NCBI RefSeq assembly: GCF_032444005.1
Contig: NC_091285.1
Coordinates: 16,802,001 to 16,866,000 of the forward strand
Reading direction: 5' to 3'
DNA length: 64,000 nt
From: Ranitomeya imitator
Lineage: Eukaryota
The notes under the pieces were generated by a model. The model was not told the DNA's origin. It searched no databases and worked only from the letters and a program-made list of their open reading frames with translations. This document shows positions 23,159 to 33,629 of this stretch, one piece after another. The number at the start of each line of letters is the position of its first letter. Position 1 is the first letter of the stretch. A program made the translations under genes and the position numbers.

Positions 23159-26100
23159 ATGGACATTAAAAGTCTGTCTTCATGTGTGGATCATCTCACT
23201 GCAAGAGTACAAAATATTCAAGACTTTGTGGCTCAGAATTCTATGTTAGAACCAAAAATTCCTATTCCTGATTTGTTTTCTGGAGATAGAGCTAAATTTC
23301 TGAGTTTCAAAAATAATTGTAAACTTTTTCTGGCTTTGAAACCTCGCTCCTCTGGTGACCCAGTTCAACAAGTTAAGATCATTATTTCTTTATTACGTGG
23401 CGACCCTCAAAACTGGGCATTTTCCCTTGCGCCAGGAGATCCTCCATTATGTAATATTGATGCGTTTTTTCTGGCGCTCGGATTGCTGTATGAAGAACCT
23501 AATTCAGTGGATCAGGCAGAGAAAAATTTGTTGGCTCTGTGTCAGGGTCAGGATGAGGTAGAGGTATATTGTCAGAGGTTTAGGAAGTGGTCTGTGCTCA
23601 CTCAGTGGAATGAATGTGCGCTGGCAGCGATTTTCAGAAAGGGTCTCTCTGAAGCCCTTAAAGATGTCATGGTGGGATTTCCTATGCCTGCTGGTTTGAA
23701 TGAGTCTATGTCTTTGGCCATTCAGATCGGTCGACGCTTGCGTGAGCGTAAATCTGTGCACCATTTGGCGGTATTATCCGAGCATAAACCTGAGCCTATG
23801 CAGTGCGATAGGACTTTGACCAGAGCTGAACGGCAAGAACACAGACGTCAGAATGGGCTGTGTTTCTACTGTGGTGATTCCACTCATGCTATCTCCAATT
23901 GTCCTAAGCGCACTAAGCGGTTCGCTAGGTCTGCCACCATTGGTACGGTACAGTCAAAATTTCTTTTGTCTGTTACTTTGATCTGCTCTTTGTCATCTTA
24001 TTCTGTCATGGCATTTGTGGATTCAGGCGCTGCCCTGAATTTGATGGACTTGGAGTTTGCCAGGCGTTGTGGGTTTTTCTTGGAGCCCTTGCAGTGTCCT
24101 ATTCCATTGAGAGGAATTGATGCTACGCCTTTGGCCAAGAATAAGCCTCAGTACTGGACCCAGCTGACCATGTGCATGGCTCCTGCACATCAGGAGGATA
24201 TTCGCTTTCTGGTGTTGCATAATCTGCATGATGTGGTCGTGTTGGGGTTGCCATGGCTACAAGTCCATAACCCAGTATTGGATTGGAAATCAATGTCTGT
24301 GTCCAGCTGGGGTTGTCAGGGGGTACATGGCGATGTCCCATTTCTGTCTATTTCGTCATCCACCCCTTCTGAGGTCCAAGAGTTCTTGTCAGATTACCGG
24401 GATGTATTTAATGAGCCCAAGTCCAATGCCCTACCTCCGCATAGGGATTGTGATTGTGCTATCGATTTGATTCCTGGTAGTAAGTTTCCTAAAGGTCGAC
24501 TGTTTAATTTATCTGTGCCTGAGCACGCCGCTATGCGGAGTTACGTAAAAGAATCCTTGGAGAAGGGTCATATTCGCCCGTCATCATCGCCATTGGGAGC
24601 AGGGTTCTTTTTTGTGGCCAAGAAGGATGGTTCGCTGAGACCTTGTATTGATTACCGCCTTCTAAATAAAATCACGGTCAAATTTCAGTACCCCTTGCCG
24701 CTGCTATCTGATTTGTTTGCTCGGATTAAGGGGGCTAGTTGGTTCACCAAGATAGATCTTCGTGGTGCGTATAATCTTGTGCGTATTAAACGGGGCGATG
24801 AATGGAAAACTGCATTTAATACGCCCGAGGGCCATTTTGAGTACCTGGTTATGCCATTCGGACTTGCCAATGCTCCATCAGTATTTCAGTCCTTTATGCA
24901 TGACATCTTCCGAGAGTACCTAGATAAATTCCTGATTGTATACTTGGATGATATTTTGGTCTTCTCGGATGATTGGGAGTCTCATGTGAAGCAGGTCAGA
25001 ATGGTGTTCCAGGTCCTGCGTGCTAATTCTTTGTTTGTGAAGGGATCAAAGTGTCTCTTTGGTGTTCAGAAGGTTTCATTTTTGGGGTTCATTTTTTCCC
25101 CTTCTACTATCGAGATGGACCCTGTTAAGGTCCAGGCCATTTATGATTGGACTCAGCCGACATCTCTGAAGAGTCTGCAAAAGTTCCTGGGCTTTGCTAA
25201 TTTTTATCGTCGCTTCATCTGTAATTTTTCTAGTATTGCTAAACCATTGACCGATTTGACCAAGAAGGGTGCTGATGTGGTCAATTGGTCTTCTGTTGCT
25301 GTGGAAGCTTTTCAAGAGTTAAAGCATCGTTTTTCTTCTGCCCCTGTGTTGTGTCAACCAGATGTTTCGCTTCCGTTCCAGGTCGAGGTTGATGCTTCTG
25401 AAATTGGAGCGGGGGCTGTTTTGTCGCAAAGAGGTTCTGATTGCTCGGTGATGAAGCCATGCGCCTTCTTTTCCAGGAAGTTTTCGCCTGCTGAGCGAAA
25501 TTATGATGTTGGCAATCGAGAGTTGCTGGCCATGAAGTGGGCATTCGAGGAGTGGCGTCATTGGCTTGAAGGAGCTAAGCATCGCGTGGTGGTCTTGACT
25601 GATCACAAGAACTTGACTTATCTCGAGTCTGCCAAACGGTTGAATCCTAGACAGGCTCGTTGGTCGCTGTTTTTCTCCCGTTTTGACTTTGTGGTTTCGT
25701 ACCTTCCGGGCTCTAAAAATGTGAAGGCGGATGCCCTGTCTAGGAGTTTTGTGCCCGACTCTCCGGGTTTGCCTGAGCCGGCGGGTATTCTCAAAGAGGG
25801 AGTAATTTTGTCTGCCATCTCCCCTGATTTGCGGCGGGTGCTGCAAAAATTTCAGGCTAATAAACCTGATCGTTGCCCAGCGGAGAAACTGTTTGTCCCT
25901 GATAGGTGGACGAATAAAGTTATCTCTGAGGTTCATTGTTCGGTGTTGGCTGGTCATCCTGGAATCTTTGGTACCAGAGATTTAGTGGCTAGATCCTTTT
26001 GGTGGCCGTCTCTGTCGCGGGATGTGCGTTCTTTTGTGCAGTCCTGTGGGATTTGTGCTCGGGCTAAGCCCTGCTGTTCTCGTGCCAGTGGGTTGCTTTT

Positions 26101-27022
26101 GCCCTTTGTTTCTGCTGATCAGGATGATTGGGTGTCCTTTTTGCCGTTGGCTGTGTTCGCCCTTAATAATCCGGCCAGCTCGGCTACCTTGGTTTCGACG
26201 TTTTTCTGCAATTCTGGGTTCCATCCTCGTTTCTCTTCAGGGCAGGTTGAGTCTTCGGACTGTCCTGGTGTGGATACTGTGGTGGACAGGTTGCAGCAGA
26301 TTTGGACTCATGTAGTGGACAATTTGACCTTGTCCCAGGAGAAGGCTCAACGTTTCGCTAATCGCAGACGCTGTGTGGGTCCCCGACTTCGTGTTGGGGA
26401 TTTGGTTTGGTTGTCATCTCGTTATATTCCTATGAAGGTTTCCTCTCCTAAATTTAAGCCTCGTTTCATTGGTCCGTATAGGATTTCTGAGGTTCTTAAT
26501 CCTGTGTCTTTTCGTTTGACCCTTCCAGATTCTTTTTCCATCCATAACGTATTTCATAGGTCATTGTTGCGGAGATACGTGGCACCTATGGTTCCATCTG
26601 TTGATCCTCCTGCCCCGGTTTTGGTGGAGGGGGAGTTGGAGTACATAGTGGAGAAGATTTTGGATTCTCGTGTTTCGAGACGGAAACTCCAGTATCTGGT
26701 TAAGTGGAAGGGTTATGGTCAGGAAGATAATTCCTGGGTCTTTGCCTCTGATGTCCATGCTGCCGATCTTGTTCGTGCCTTTCATATGGCTCATCCTGGT
26801 CGGCTTGGGGGCTCTGGTGAGGGTTCGGTGACCCCTCCTCAAGGGGGGGGTACTGTTGTGAATTCTGTGGTCGAGCTCCCTCCTGTGGTCACAAGTGGTA
26901 CTTCGGCTGATTCTGTCTATGAGCTTCCGTTGGTGGATGTGAGTGGTACTGCGGCTTCTAAGTTTCCTTCCTCAGGTGATGTGGTGAAGTCGTTAGGTGC
27001 TGCTCTATTTAACTCCACCTAG
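23159..27022 (+). CDS. Element C gag-pol ORF, open but lacking the integrase catalytic core
   Basis: Collinear with B. RASGLLLP joins directly to FVSADQDD, an in-frame loss of 122 codons relative to B. Confidence 0.88.
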   Translation: MDIKSLSSCVDHLTARVQNIQDFVAQNSMLEPKIPIPDLFSGDRAKFLSFKNNCKLFLALKPRSSGDPVQQVKIIISLLRGDPQNWAFSLAPGDPPLCNIDAFFLALGLLYEEPNSVDQAEKNLLALCQGQDEVEVYCQRFRKWSVLTQWNECALAAIFRKGLSEALKDVMVGFPMPAGLNESMSLAIQIGRRLRERKSVHHLAVLSEHKPEPMQCDRTLTRAERQEHRRQNGLCFYCGDSTHAISNCPKRTKRFARSATIGTVQSKFLLSVTLICSLSSYSVMAFVDSGAALNLMDLEFARRCGFFLEPLQCPIPLRGIDATPLAKNKPQYWTQLTMCMAPAHQEDIRFLVLHNLHDVVVLGLPWLQVHNPVLDWKSMSVSSWGCQGVHGDVPFLSISSSTPSEVQEFLSDYRDVFNEPKSNALPPHRDCDCAIDLIPGSKFPKGRLFNLSVPEHAAMRSYVKESLEKGHIRPSSSPLGAGFFFVAKKDGSLRPCIDYRLLNKITVKFQYPLPLLSDLFARIKGASWFTKIDLRGAYNLVRIKRGDEWKTAFNTPEGHFEYLVMPFGLANAPSVFQSFMHDIFREYLDKFLIVYLDDILVFSDDWESHVKQVRMVFQVLRANSLFVKGSKCLFGVQKVSFLGFIFSPSTIEMDPVKVQAIYDWTQPTSLKSLQKFLGFANFYRRFICNFSSIAKPLTDLTKKGADVVNWSSVAVEAFQELKHRFSSAPVLCQPDVSLPFQVEVDASEIGAGAVLSQRGSDCSVMKPCAFFSRKFSPAERNYDVGNRELLAMKWAFEEWRHWLEGAKHRVVVLTDHKNLTYLESAKRLNPRQARWSLFFSRFDFVVSYLPGSKNVKADALSRSFVPDSPGLPEPAGILKEGVILSAISPDLRRVLQKFQANKPDRCPAEKLFVPDRWTNKVISEVHCSVLAGHPGIFGTRDLVARSFWWPSLSRDVRSFVQSCGICARAKPCCSRASGLLLPFVSADQDDWVSFLPLAVFALNNPASSATLVSTFFCNSGFHPRFSSGQVESSDCPGVDTVVDRLQQIWTHVVDNLTLSQEKAQRFANRRRCVGPRLRVGDLVWLSSRYIPMKVSSPKFKPRFIGPYRISEVLNPVSFRLTLPDSFSIHNVFHRSLLRRYVAPMVPSVDPPAPVLVEGELEYIVEKILDSRVSRRKLQYLVKWKGYGQEDNSWVFASDVHAADLVRAFHMAHPGRLGGSGEGSVTPPQGGGTVVNSVVELPPVVTSGTSADSVYELPLVDVSGTAASKFPSSGDVVKSLGAALFNST

Positions 27023-27677
27023 TGCTTTGCTCATGGCCTCCAGTCAATGTTCTAGTGTGGATCTTGCTCTCTCCTGGATCGTTCCTGTGGCCTGTCTTTC
27101 CTGCATAAGCTAAGTTTTGCTGGTGTTACTTTTGTTGCTATATTTTCTGTCCAGCTTGCGATATTGGTTTTTCTTGCTTGCTGGAAGCTCTGGGACGCAG
27201 AGGGGGTACCTCCGTACCGTTAGTCGGTGCGGAGGGTCTTTTTGCACCCCCTGCGTGGTTGTTTGTAGGGTTTTGTGTTGACCGCAAAGCAATCTTTCCT
27301 ATCTTCGGTCTATTCAGTCAGTCGGGCCTCACTTTGCTAAAATCTATTTCATCTCTGTGTTTGTACTTTCATCTCAACTCACAGTCATTATATGTGGGGG
27401 GCTGCCTTTTCCTTTGGGGAATTTCTCTGAGGCAAGGTAGGCTTATTTTTCTCTCTTAGGGCTAGCTAGTTTCTCAGGCTGTGCTCGAGGCGCCTAGGCC
27501 TGGACAGGAGCGCTCCACGGCTACCTCTAATGTGGTATGATAGGATTAGGGATTGCGGTCAGCAGAGTTCCCACGTCTCAGAGTTTGTCCTTGTTATTGG
27601 TAACTGTCAGGTCACCTTGTGTGTTCTTAACCACTAGACCCATTGTGGTTCTGAATTACCTGTTCATAACAATGGAG

Positions 27678-29812
27678 GCTCTCTGTAAGAGAATGCAGGT
27701 GAAGCACCTGGTATCGAGTGCGTATCACCCACAGACCAATGGCTTGTGTGAACGCTTCAATGGTACCCTCAAACAAATGCTACGCATGCTGGTTGAGACC
27801 CAAGGGCGCGACTGGGAGCGGTACCTCCCACACCTGCTATTTGCTTACCGAGAGGTTCCGCAGGCCTCGACGGGGTTCTCCCCCTTCGAGCTCCTGTACG
27901 TGAGGCGAGTCCGGGGACCCCTTGGGTTGGTAAGAGAATCCTAGGAAGAGGAGCCGAACCCTTCTGAAGTGTCCATAGTGGAGTATGTCATGCGCTTCCG
28001 TGACAAGATGCAGACCTTGACGCAGTTGGTGCATGACATGGCGCAGGCTCAGGCTGACCAGAAGCACTGGTACGACCAGAACGCCCGGGAGCAGACCTAC
28101 CACGTGGGTCAAAAGGTGTGGGTGCTGGTCCCCGTACCAAAGGATAACCTTCAGGCAGCCTGGGAGGGCCCGTACGTCGTCCACCAAGAGCTCAACCCGG
28201 TCACCTATGTGGTCATGCTTGACCACGCTCGGGGTAGGCGAAAGGCCTTTCACGTCAACATGATGAAGGCTCATCACGAACGTGAACCTTTCGTCCTACC
28301 GGTCTGCAGCTTACCCGAAGACAGGGAGGAAGACACCCTCCTGGACATGCTGGCCCAAGCCAAGGCCGGTGGGTCCATCGAAGATGTGGAGGTAAGCGCC
28401 TCGTTAACTGAACCCCAGCGGTTGCATTTGCAAACCACACTGGAACCCTTCCGGGTCATGTTCTCCAACAGACCTGGGAGGACTGATTTATTAGTCCACG
28501 AGGTGGACACCGGGAATCACGCCCCACTACGGCGAACACCCCATCGAATCTCCGACCAGGTGCAGCAGGTTATGTGCGAGGAGATCGATGAGATGTTACA
28601 GCTGGGGGTGATTTGACGGTCAAAGAGCGCGTGGGCCTCACCTGTAGTTCTCGTGCCAAAGAAGGACCGGACAACCCGGTTCTGCGTGGACTACAGGGGG
28701 CTCAACGCCATCACAGCCTCTGACGCGCTCCCAATGCCACGCATTGAGGAGCTGCTTGAGAGGTTAGCTGGCACAAAATACCTGACAATAATGGATCTGA
28801 GTCGAGGATACTGGCAGATTCCCCTGAGCCCCGAGGCGCAGGAGAAGTCCGCCTTTATCACACCCTTTGGACTGTACGAGTCCACGGTCATGCCCCTGCC
28901 ACTTTCCAGCGGATGGTTAACCTCCTGCTTCAGGGACTGGAGAAGTACGCAGTGGCGTACTTGGATGACATTGCCATCTTCAGTCCCTCCTGGGAGGAAC
29001 ACCTGCAGCATCTCGAGGAGGTGCTCAGGCGAATTCACCAAGCAGGACTGACTATCAAGCCCGGAAAGTGCCAGATGGGCATGAGGGAGGTCCACTACCT
29101 GGGGCACTGGGTAGGCAGAGGCACCCTAAAGCCCGAGCCTGAGAAAGTGGGCGCGATCGTGAACTGGCCCACTCCCGGGACCAAGAAACAAGTGATGTCC
29201 TTCCTGGGCACTGCAGGGTACTATAGGCGCTTCGTACAGCACTATAGTAGCCTGGCAAAACCCTTGACTGACCTCACCAGGAAGAAGCTACCCCACATCG
29301 TCAACTGGACCGATGGCTGTGAGGGGGCCTTCCAGGCATTGAAAACAGCACTGTGCAACGCCCCTGTGTTGAAAGCAGTCGACAGCAGTCGACCGTTCTT
29401 GGTGCAGACCGACGCCAGCGAGTTTGGCCTTGGTGCTGTGCTCAGCCAGGTTGACCCGGAGGACCAAGAGCACTCCGTGTTATACCTGAGCCGGAAACTT
29501 TTGCCGAGGGAAGTGGCCTACTCCACCATCGAGAAGAAGTGCCTGGCCATAGTCTGGGCCCTGCAGCGCTCTCAGCCCTACTTGTACGGTCGCACCTTCA
29601 CCGTGGTGACCGACCACAACCCTCTGCGCTGGCTAAACGCCATGTGTGGAACCAATGGCAGGTTGCTACTCTGGAGCCTTGCCCTTCAGCAGTTTGACTT
29701 CACCATTGAACACAAAACAGGCAGGGAGCATGGAAATGCAGATGGGCTGTCCTGCCAGGGTGAACCTACTGAGGTGCGCATGGAGGCATACCGAGGGGTT
29801 CTACCTCCGTAG
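27678..29812 (+). pseudogene. Element A integrase C-terminus, RT and RNase H, broken by stops and a frameshift
   Basis: YHPQTNGLCERFNGTLK, then FCVDYRGLN, YWQIPL, YLDD, FLGTAGYYRRF, VQTDAS and VTDHNPL. IN precedes RT. Confidence 0.9.
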
Positions 29813-29832
29813 CGCACACCAAAAGGGGGAGG

Positions 29833-31254
29833 TGTCACGATATTGTATGAAATATAATATGATGTTGTAGCTTTGTCCTTCAGCCCATGCTGGGGGCTAA
29901 AACTGCCCTTCTCTCTCTGGCTCTCTTTGTTTCTCTGTGTGCTTCGGAATGTATGGTAGAAGGGGGTTTTATTGCCCGGGCCATAAATTCCAGGCTCGAA
30001 GAAAGTTACTCGCCCCCCTCCCAACTGCACCAGCAGAAACTGGTATAGAAGCTTCCAGAATCCATGAGAGTCTTTGTTCTATTATTGTAAGATATTGGGC
30101 TAACGATTTAGGCTAGAAAAAGGAAAATACCTACTCTTAACGTCCCTCGGCGGATTGGTCAACCGCTGTAAACACGAGCTTCTAACTCCATCAGGTAAAA
30201 AGTAGGGATTTCTCTGTAATTATGCATCACAAATAGGACATATTTGATCTCATTAGAATGCCAATGTTAATACGAGATGAATGCTGGGTTTGTTATGACT
30301 ATGACATGTTCTGTAGCGGAGATACAGGCATTAGACAAACTTGTGTTAAATCTAGTAAGACTGAAGAGGTAGGACGGACTGGGTAAACCAACCCCTTTTA
30401 GTGATGTCACCAGGCTGAGCTATAAGTGTTATACCAGACCCCAGCAGGGAGTCTGTCTGCTGGAGCCTATGTGAGGCTGACTTGAAGAGCTGTTCCTAAC
30501 CAGTGTCCTGATGCACTGGGACAGATGGAAACACCACTAGCCTGGTTGCCCCACATGATCTGAACACATGTAAGTGTTATTTCTCATTTAACCCCTGTTA
30601 TTTTTATAATTACCTTGTACATATTTTCAATTGTCTCATATTGTAACACCATTATATAACTTTTTATAAACACTGCCTTCTTTCGGAGTAAAAATATATA
30701 AATTACTAGTTTTCTTTCTTCCTGCTCTAAAACGTGCCCTATGTCTCCTGAAGGGAATTACGCTGTTTTGGGTTAGCTTCGGACCCGTTTAATCGAAGTT
30801 GGTGGCAGCATACATTTGTGCAGGCCTTTGGGTGTCGTAGCGGCTGCGGCGTTGATAATTATTGTTCCTGCCTGAGTGGGAGGAGTTTATCGCGTCACTG
30901 CAGCGTGCCCAATAGCCAGTACATAGCAGGCAGCCTTTCTGGCGACTAATTACCCCCGGTGCAGTACCTAATCTGACCTGAAAGGGGGGCGCCAGAGAGC
31001 TGCAAGTTTTAAGTGGAACTGTAAGCGGGATATACATAAATCCCTGCAGCTCATGGTATATTGAAGAGCAGTGGGATACCTAGAATAAGCCCCTGCTGTA
31101 AACTAAGAGGTCAATAGCCTTGTGCGTGTTTTTTTCATCGCATTGTGGAGGGATAATTAAGATAAGCCCCCCTGCACATGTGATAGCCGTCTGTTGGCCT
31201 AAAGTCACCCCGACCCGTGACGTGGGGGTGACGGTCACGGAGTGAATCGTGACA
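29833..31254 (+). repeat. 3' LTR of element A
   Basis: Follows PPT AAAAGGGGGAGG; matches the 5' LTR with an extra segment at about 30962-31197. Confidence 0.93.
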
Positions 31255-32123
31255 GGGCTCATTTCCACTTGCGAGAAACACATCCGTGTCTCGCATGTGA
31301 AAACCAAGCTTTGGCGCCGGCACTCCAGAGCGGAACGTGCGGCCGCATAGAAACACATGGAGCCGCACGCTCCACTCCAAAGTGCCGGCGCCAAAGCTTG
31401 GTTTTCACATGCGAGACACGGACGTGTTTCTCGCAAGTGGAAATGAGCCCTTAGGGTTTGTTTCCACGTTCAGGAAACGCTGCGTTTTTGACGCAGCGTC
31501 CATATGTTACAGCATAGTGGAGGGGATTTAATGAAATCCCGTCTCCATTATGCAGTAAGAGACGCATGCGGCAGACCTGCGGAAACGCACATGCGGTGCA
31601 TCTTTTAAGAACGCAGCATGTCCTTACATTGCAGAAAAAACGCAAGGACAACACAGGTGACCTGCCAGTGACCTCAGGTGCAGATTTGTTCAGGATTTTA
31701 CCTGCATAAAATCCTGACCAAATCCTGAACGTGGACACATACCCTCAGGGTACGTGTCCAACTCAGGATGGCCGGCGGTTTGGACGGAGCGGCAAACTCG
31801 CTCCCCCCCCTTCTGGGGATGCGATGATCCCGGATGTGTTCATTGCACACATCCGGTATCATTGCACCCCACACATAGGGCCCTGTGTTATACCTTGCGG
31901 CGGCGCAGCGTCGCCGCAAGGTAAACGGACATGCTGCGATCTAAAAAGACGCGCCGCATGTCCGGAATCGCAGGGACGCCGGGTGCGTGTTACCACGCAT
32001 AGTGGAGACGGGATTTCATTAAATCCCCTCCACTATGCTGTAACATCTGGATGCTGCATGTTTGACGCTGCGTCTCTCTGCAGCGTCAAACACACAGCGT
32101 TTCCTGAACATGGAAACATACCC
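31255..32123. mobile_element. Three abutting Harbinger-type MITEs (31255-31450, 31454-31744, 31748-32123)
   Basis: GGG...CCC terminal inverted repeats separated only by 3-bp TTA/TCA. The first MITE's TTA-GGGCT end also lies at 8294-8301. Confidence 0.75.
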
Positions 32124-32129
32124 TTAGAG

Positions 32130-32939
32130 GGAATCTGTACTTTGTTAGTTGTAATCACACACAGCTCTGCAGTGAGATCAGGAGAGCAGACTGTCAGTCA
32201 CTACATAAAACATATGAAAAAAATGGAGTAAAAAGTCCAAAAGTAATACAAAATTCAATTTATTAAGAAAATCATAAGTAATACAACAGGTAAATAGACT
32301 AGGACCAGGTAATAACAGGACACACAAATCCTGATCAAAGGATGTTAAATATACAACATGGGTAAGGTGCCCAAGTGCCACAGAGAGAGACCGAGAAGTC
32401 CGGAATACATTGGTAACCAGGTAAGTCTGCGTGCTTTACCATTCCAAGGACTAGGTCCCAAACTAAGTAAATTGCTTACCCATGCTCATAGTGTGTCAGG
32501 ATCAGTGTCCACGCCGCCACCGACGCGCGTTTCGTCTCTTTCTCAAGGTGACCACACCTGTCATGAATGCTTTCTTCTCTCTGTACAAACACCACCTGCG
32601 TCCTTTACCCTCCATGGTACTTTCCTCCCGATAGCTTGGTCTGTGTTATGTGGCTTTCCCTCCTCTCTTCACTTTATACTAGACTGGGGCAAATGTATCC
32701 TGCTGGCTCCCCTGGATGTTACCTATGGGTCGTACCATACAACCACCCTCCCCCACCCGGCACCCCGATGTCACCATTATATACGTCCTCAGGATACAGG
32801 GAGCGGTGAATACAATGGTGGCTCCTTCCATAATTCAGAGTGTGCGACAGACGGCAAAAGTCACGACATTGCGTGCGGAGCAGTGTGCCAGAGCACACAG
32901 CGAAGTCGGGAGCAGAGCGTCAGGAGTGAGGTGTTTGAT
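32130..32939 (-). mobile_element. Probable Penelope-like terminal-repeat remnant
   Basis: Carries a hammerhead-like motif followed by T-rich sequence and AATAAA on the minus strand. No ORF recognised. Confidence 0.4.
32516..32552 (-). ncRNA. Minimal type I hammerhead ribozyme variant
   Basis: GUCACC-UUGAGAA-A-G(AGA)C-GAAAC-GCGC-GUC-GGUGGC: 6-bp stem I, U3-A8 core variant, palindromic stem III. Confidence 0.5.
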
Positions 32940-33629
32940 TTTTAATGTGTGTGCAGGATCTGTTTGCCTATAGGCTTTGTGGGGGCTTATACCTCATATA
33001 GGGGGCAATGTGAGGGTTCATGCTGTATATAGAGGGGCTATGTGAGGGGACTGTCTGGGGCGTCTATGTGATGTCTTATAGTATATACAGGGGGCCTTAT
33101 ACTGTATATAGAGGACTCCTACTGTATACAGGGAGGCCGTGAGGGCTCATACTTTATATAGGAGCAATGTGTGTGGGCTCATACTATAAATAGGGGGTTC
33201 TGTGTGGAAGCTCATGCTGTATATAGGGGGATATAGGATTGTTCATACTGTAAATAAGGGGCTATGTGCGTGTCATACTATATATAGGGGGCTGTGTGTG
33301 GGATACTGTGTTATAGGGGTGTAGTGTGGGTACATACTGTATAAAGAGGGATTGTGTGTGGGGGCTTTCACAATATTTAGGGGGTACTGTGTGTGGACAC
33401 ATACTGTATATAGGGGGCAGCATACTTAATATTACATGATATAATAATTATATGCTAATGAGGGACATCCAGTGCAGTGACCCCGGTAGCGGCCGGCTGT
33501 GTGAGGCACGAGGTCTGCGCAGGTTTCGCATAATCAGTAACATTTCTATTCACTGACAACAAGCAGAGATCCTGACAACTGAGGATGCTACAGATCCGTT
33601 TATTACAAATATGAAACGTTATTCTCTCC

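Larger units (their letters stand above)
19060..27671 (+). mobile_element. Chromovirus LTR retrotransposon C (sister of B), integrase core deleted, hAT in 5' leader
   Basis: LTRs 19060-19877 and 26854-27671 (818 bp, about 5 substitutions seen). 6-bp TSD ATGGAG; removing C restores element A integrase as RLMEALC. Confidence 0.95.
8302..31254 (+). mobile_element. Gmr1-like Ty3/gypsy LTR retrotransposon (element A), degenerate, interrupted by nested insertions
   Basis: LTRs 8302-9491 and 29833-31254 (TG...CA). TSD GGGCT at 8297-8301 and 31255-31259. PBS 9495-9512, PPT 29821-29832. Coding order gag-PR-IN-RT-RH with several stops and frameshifts. Confidence 0.92.
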
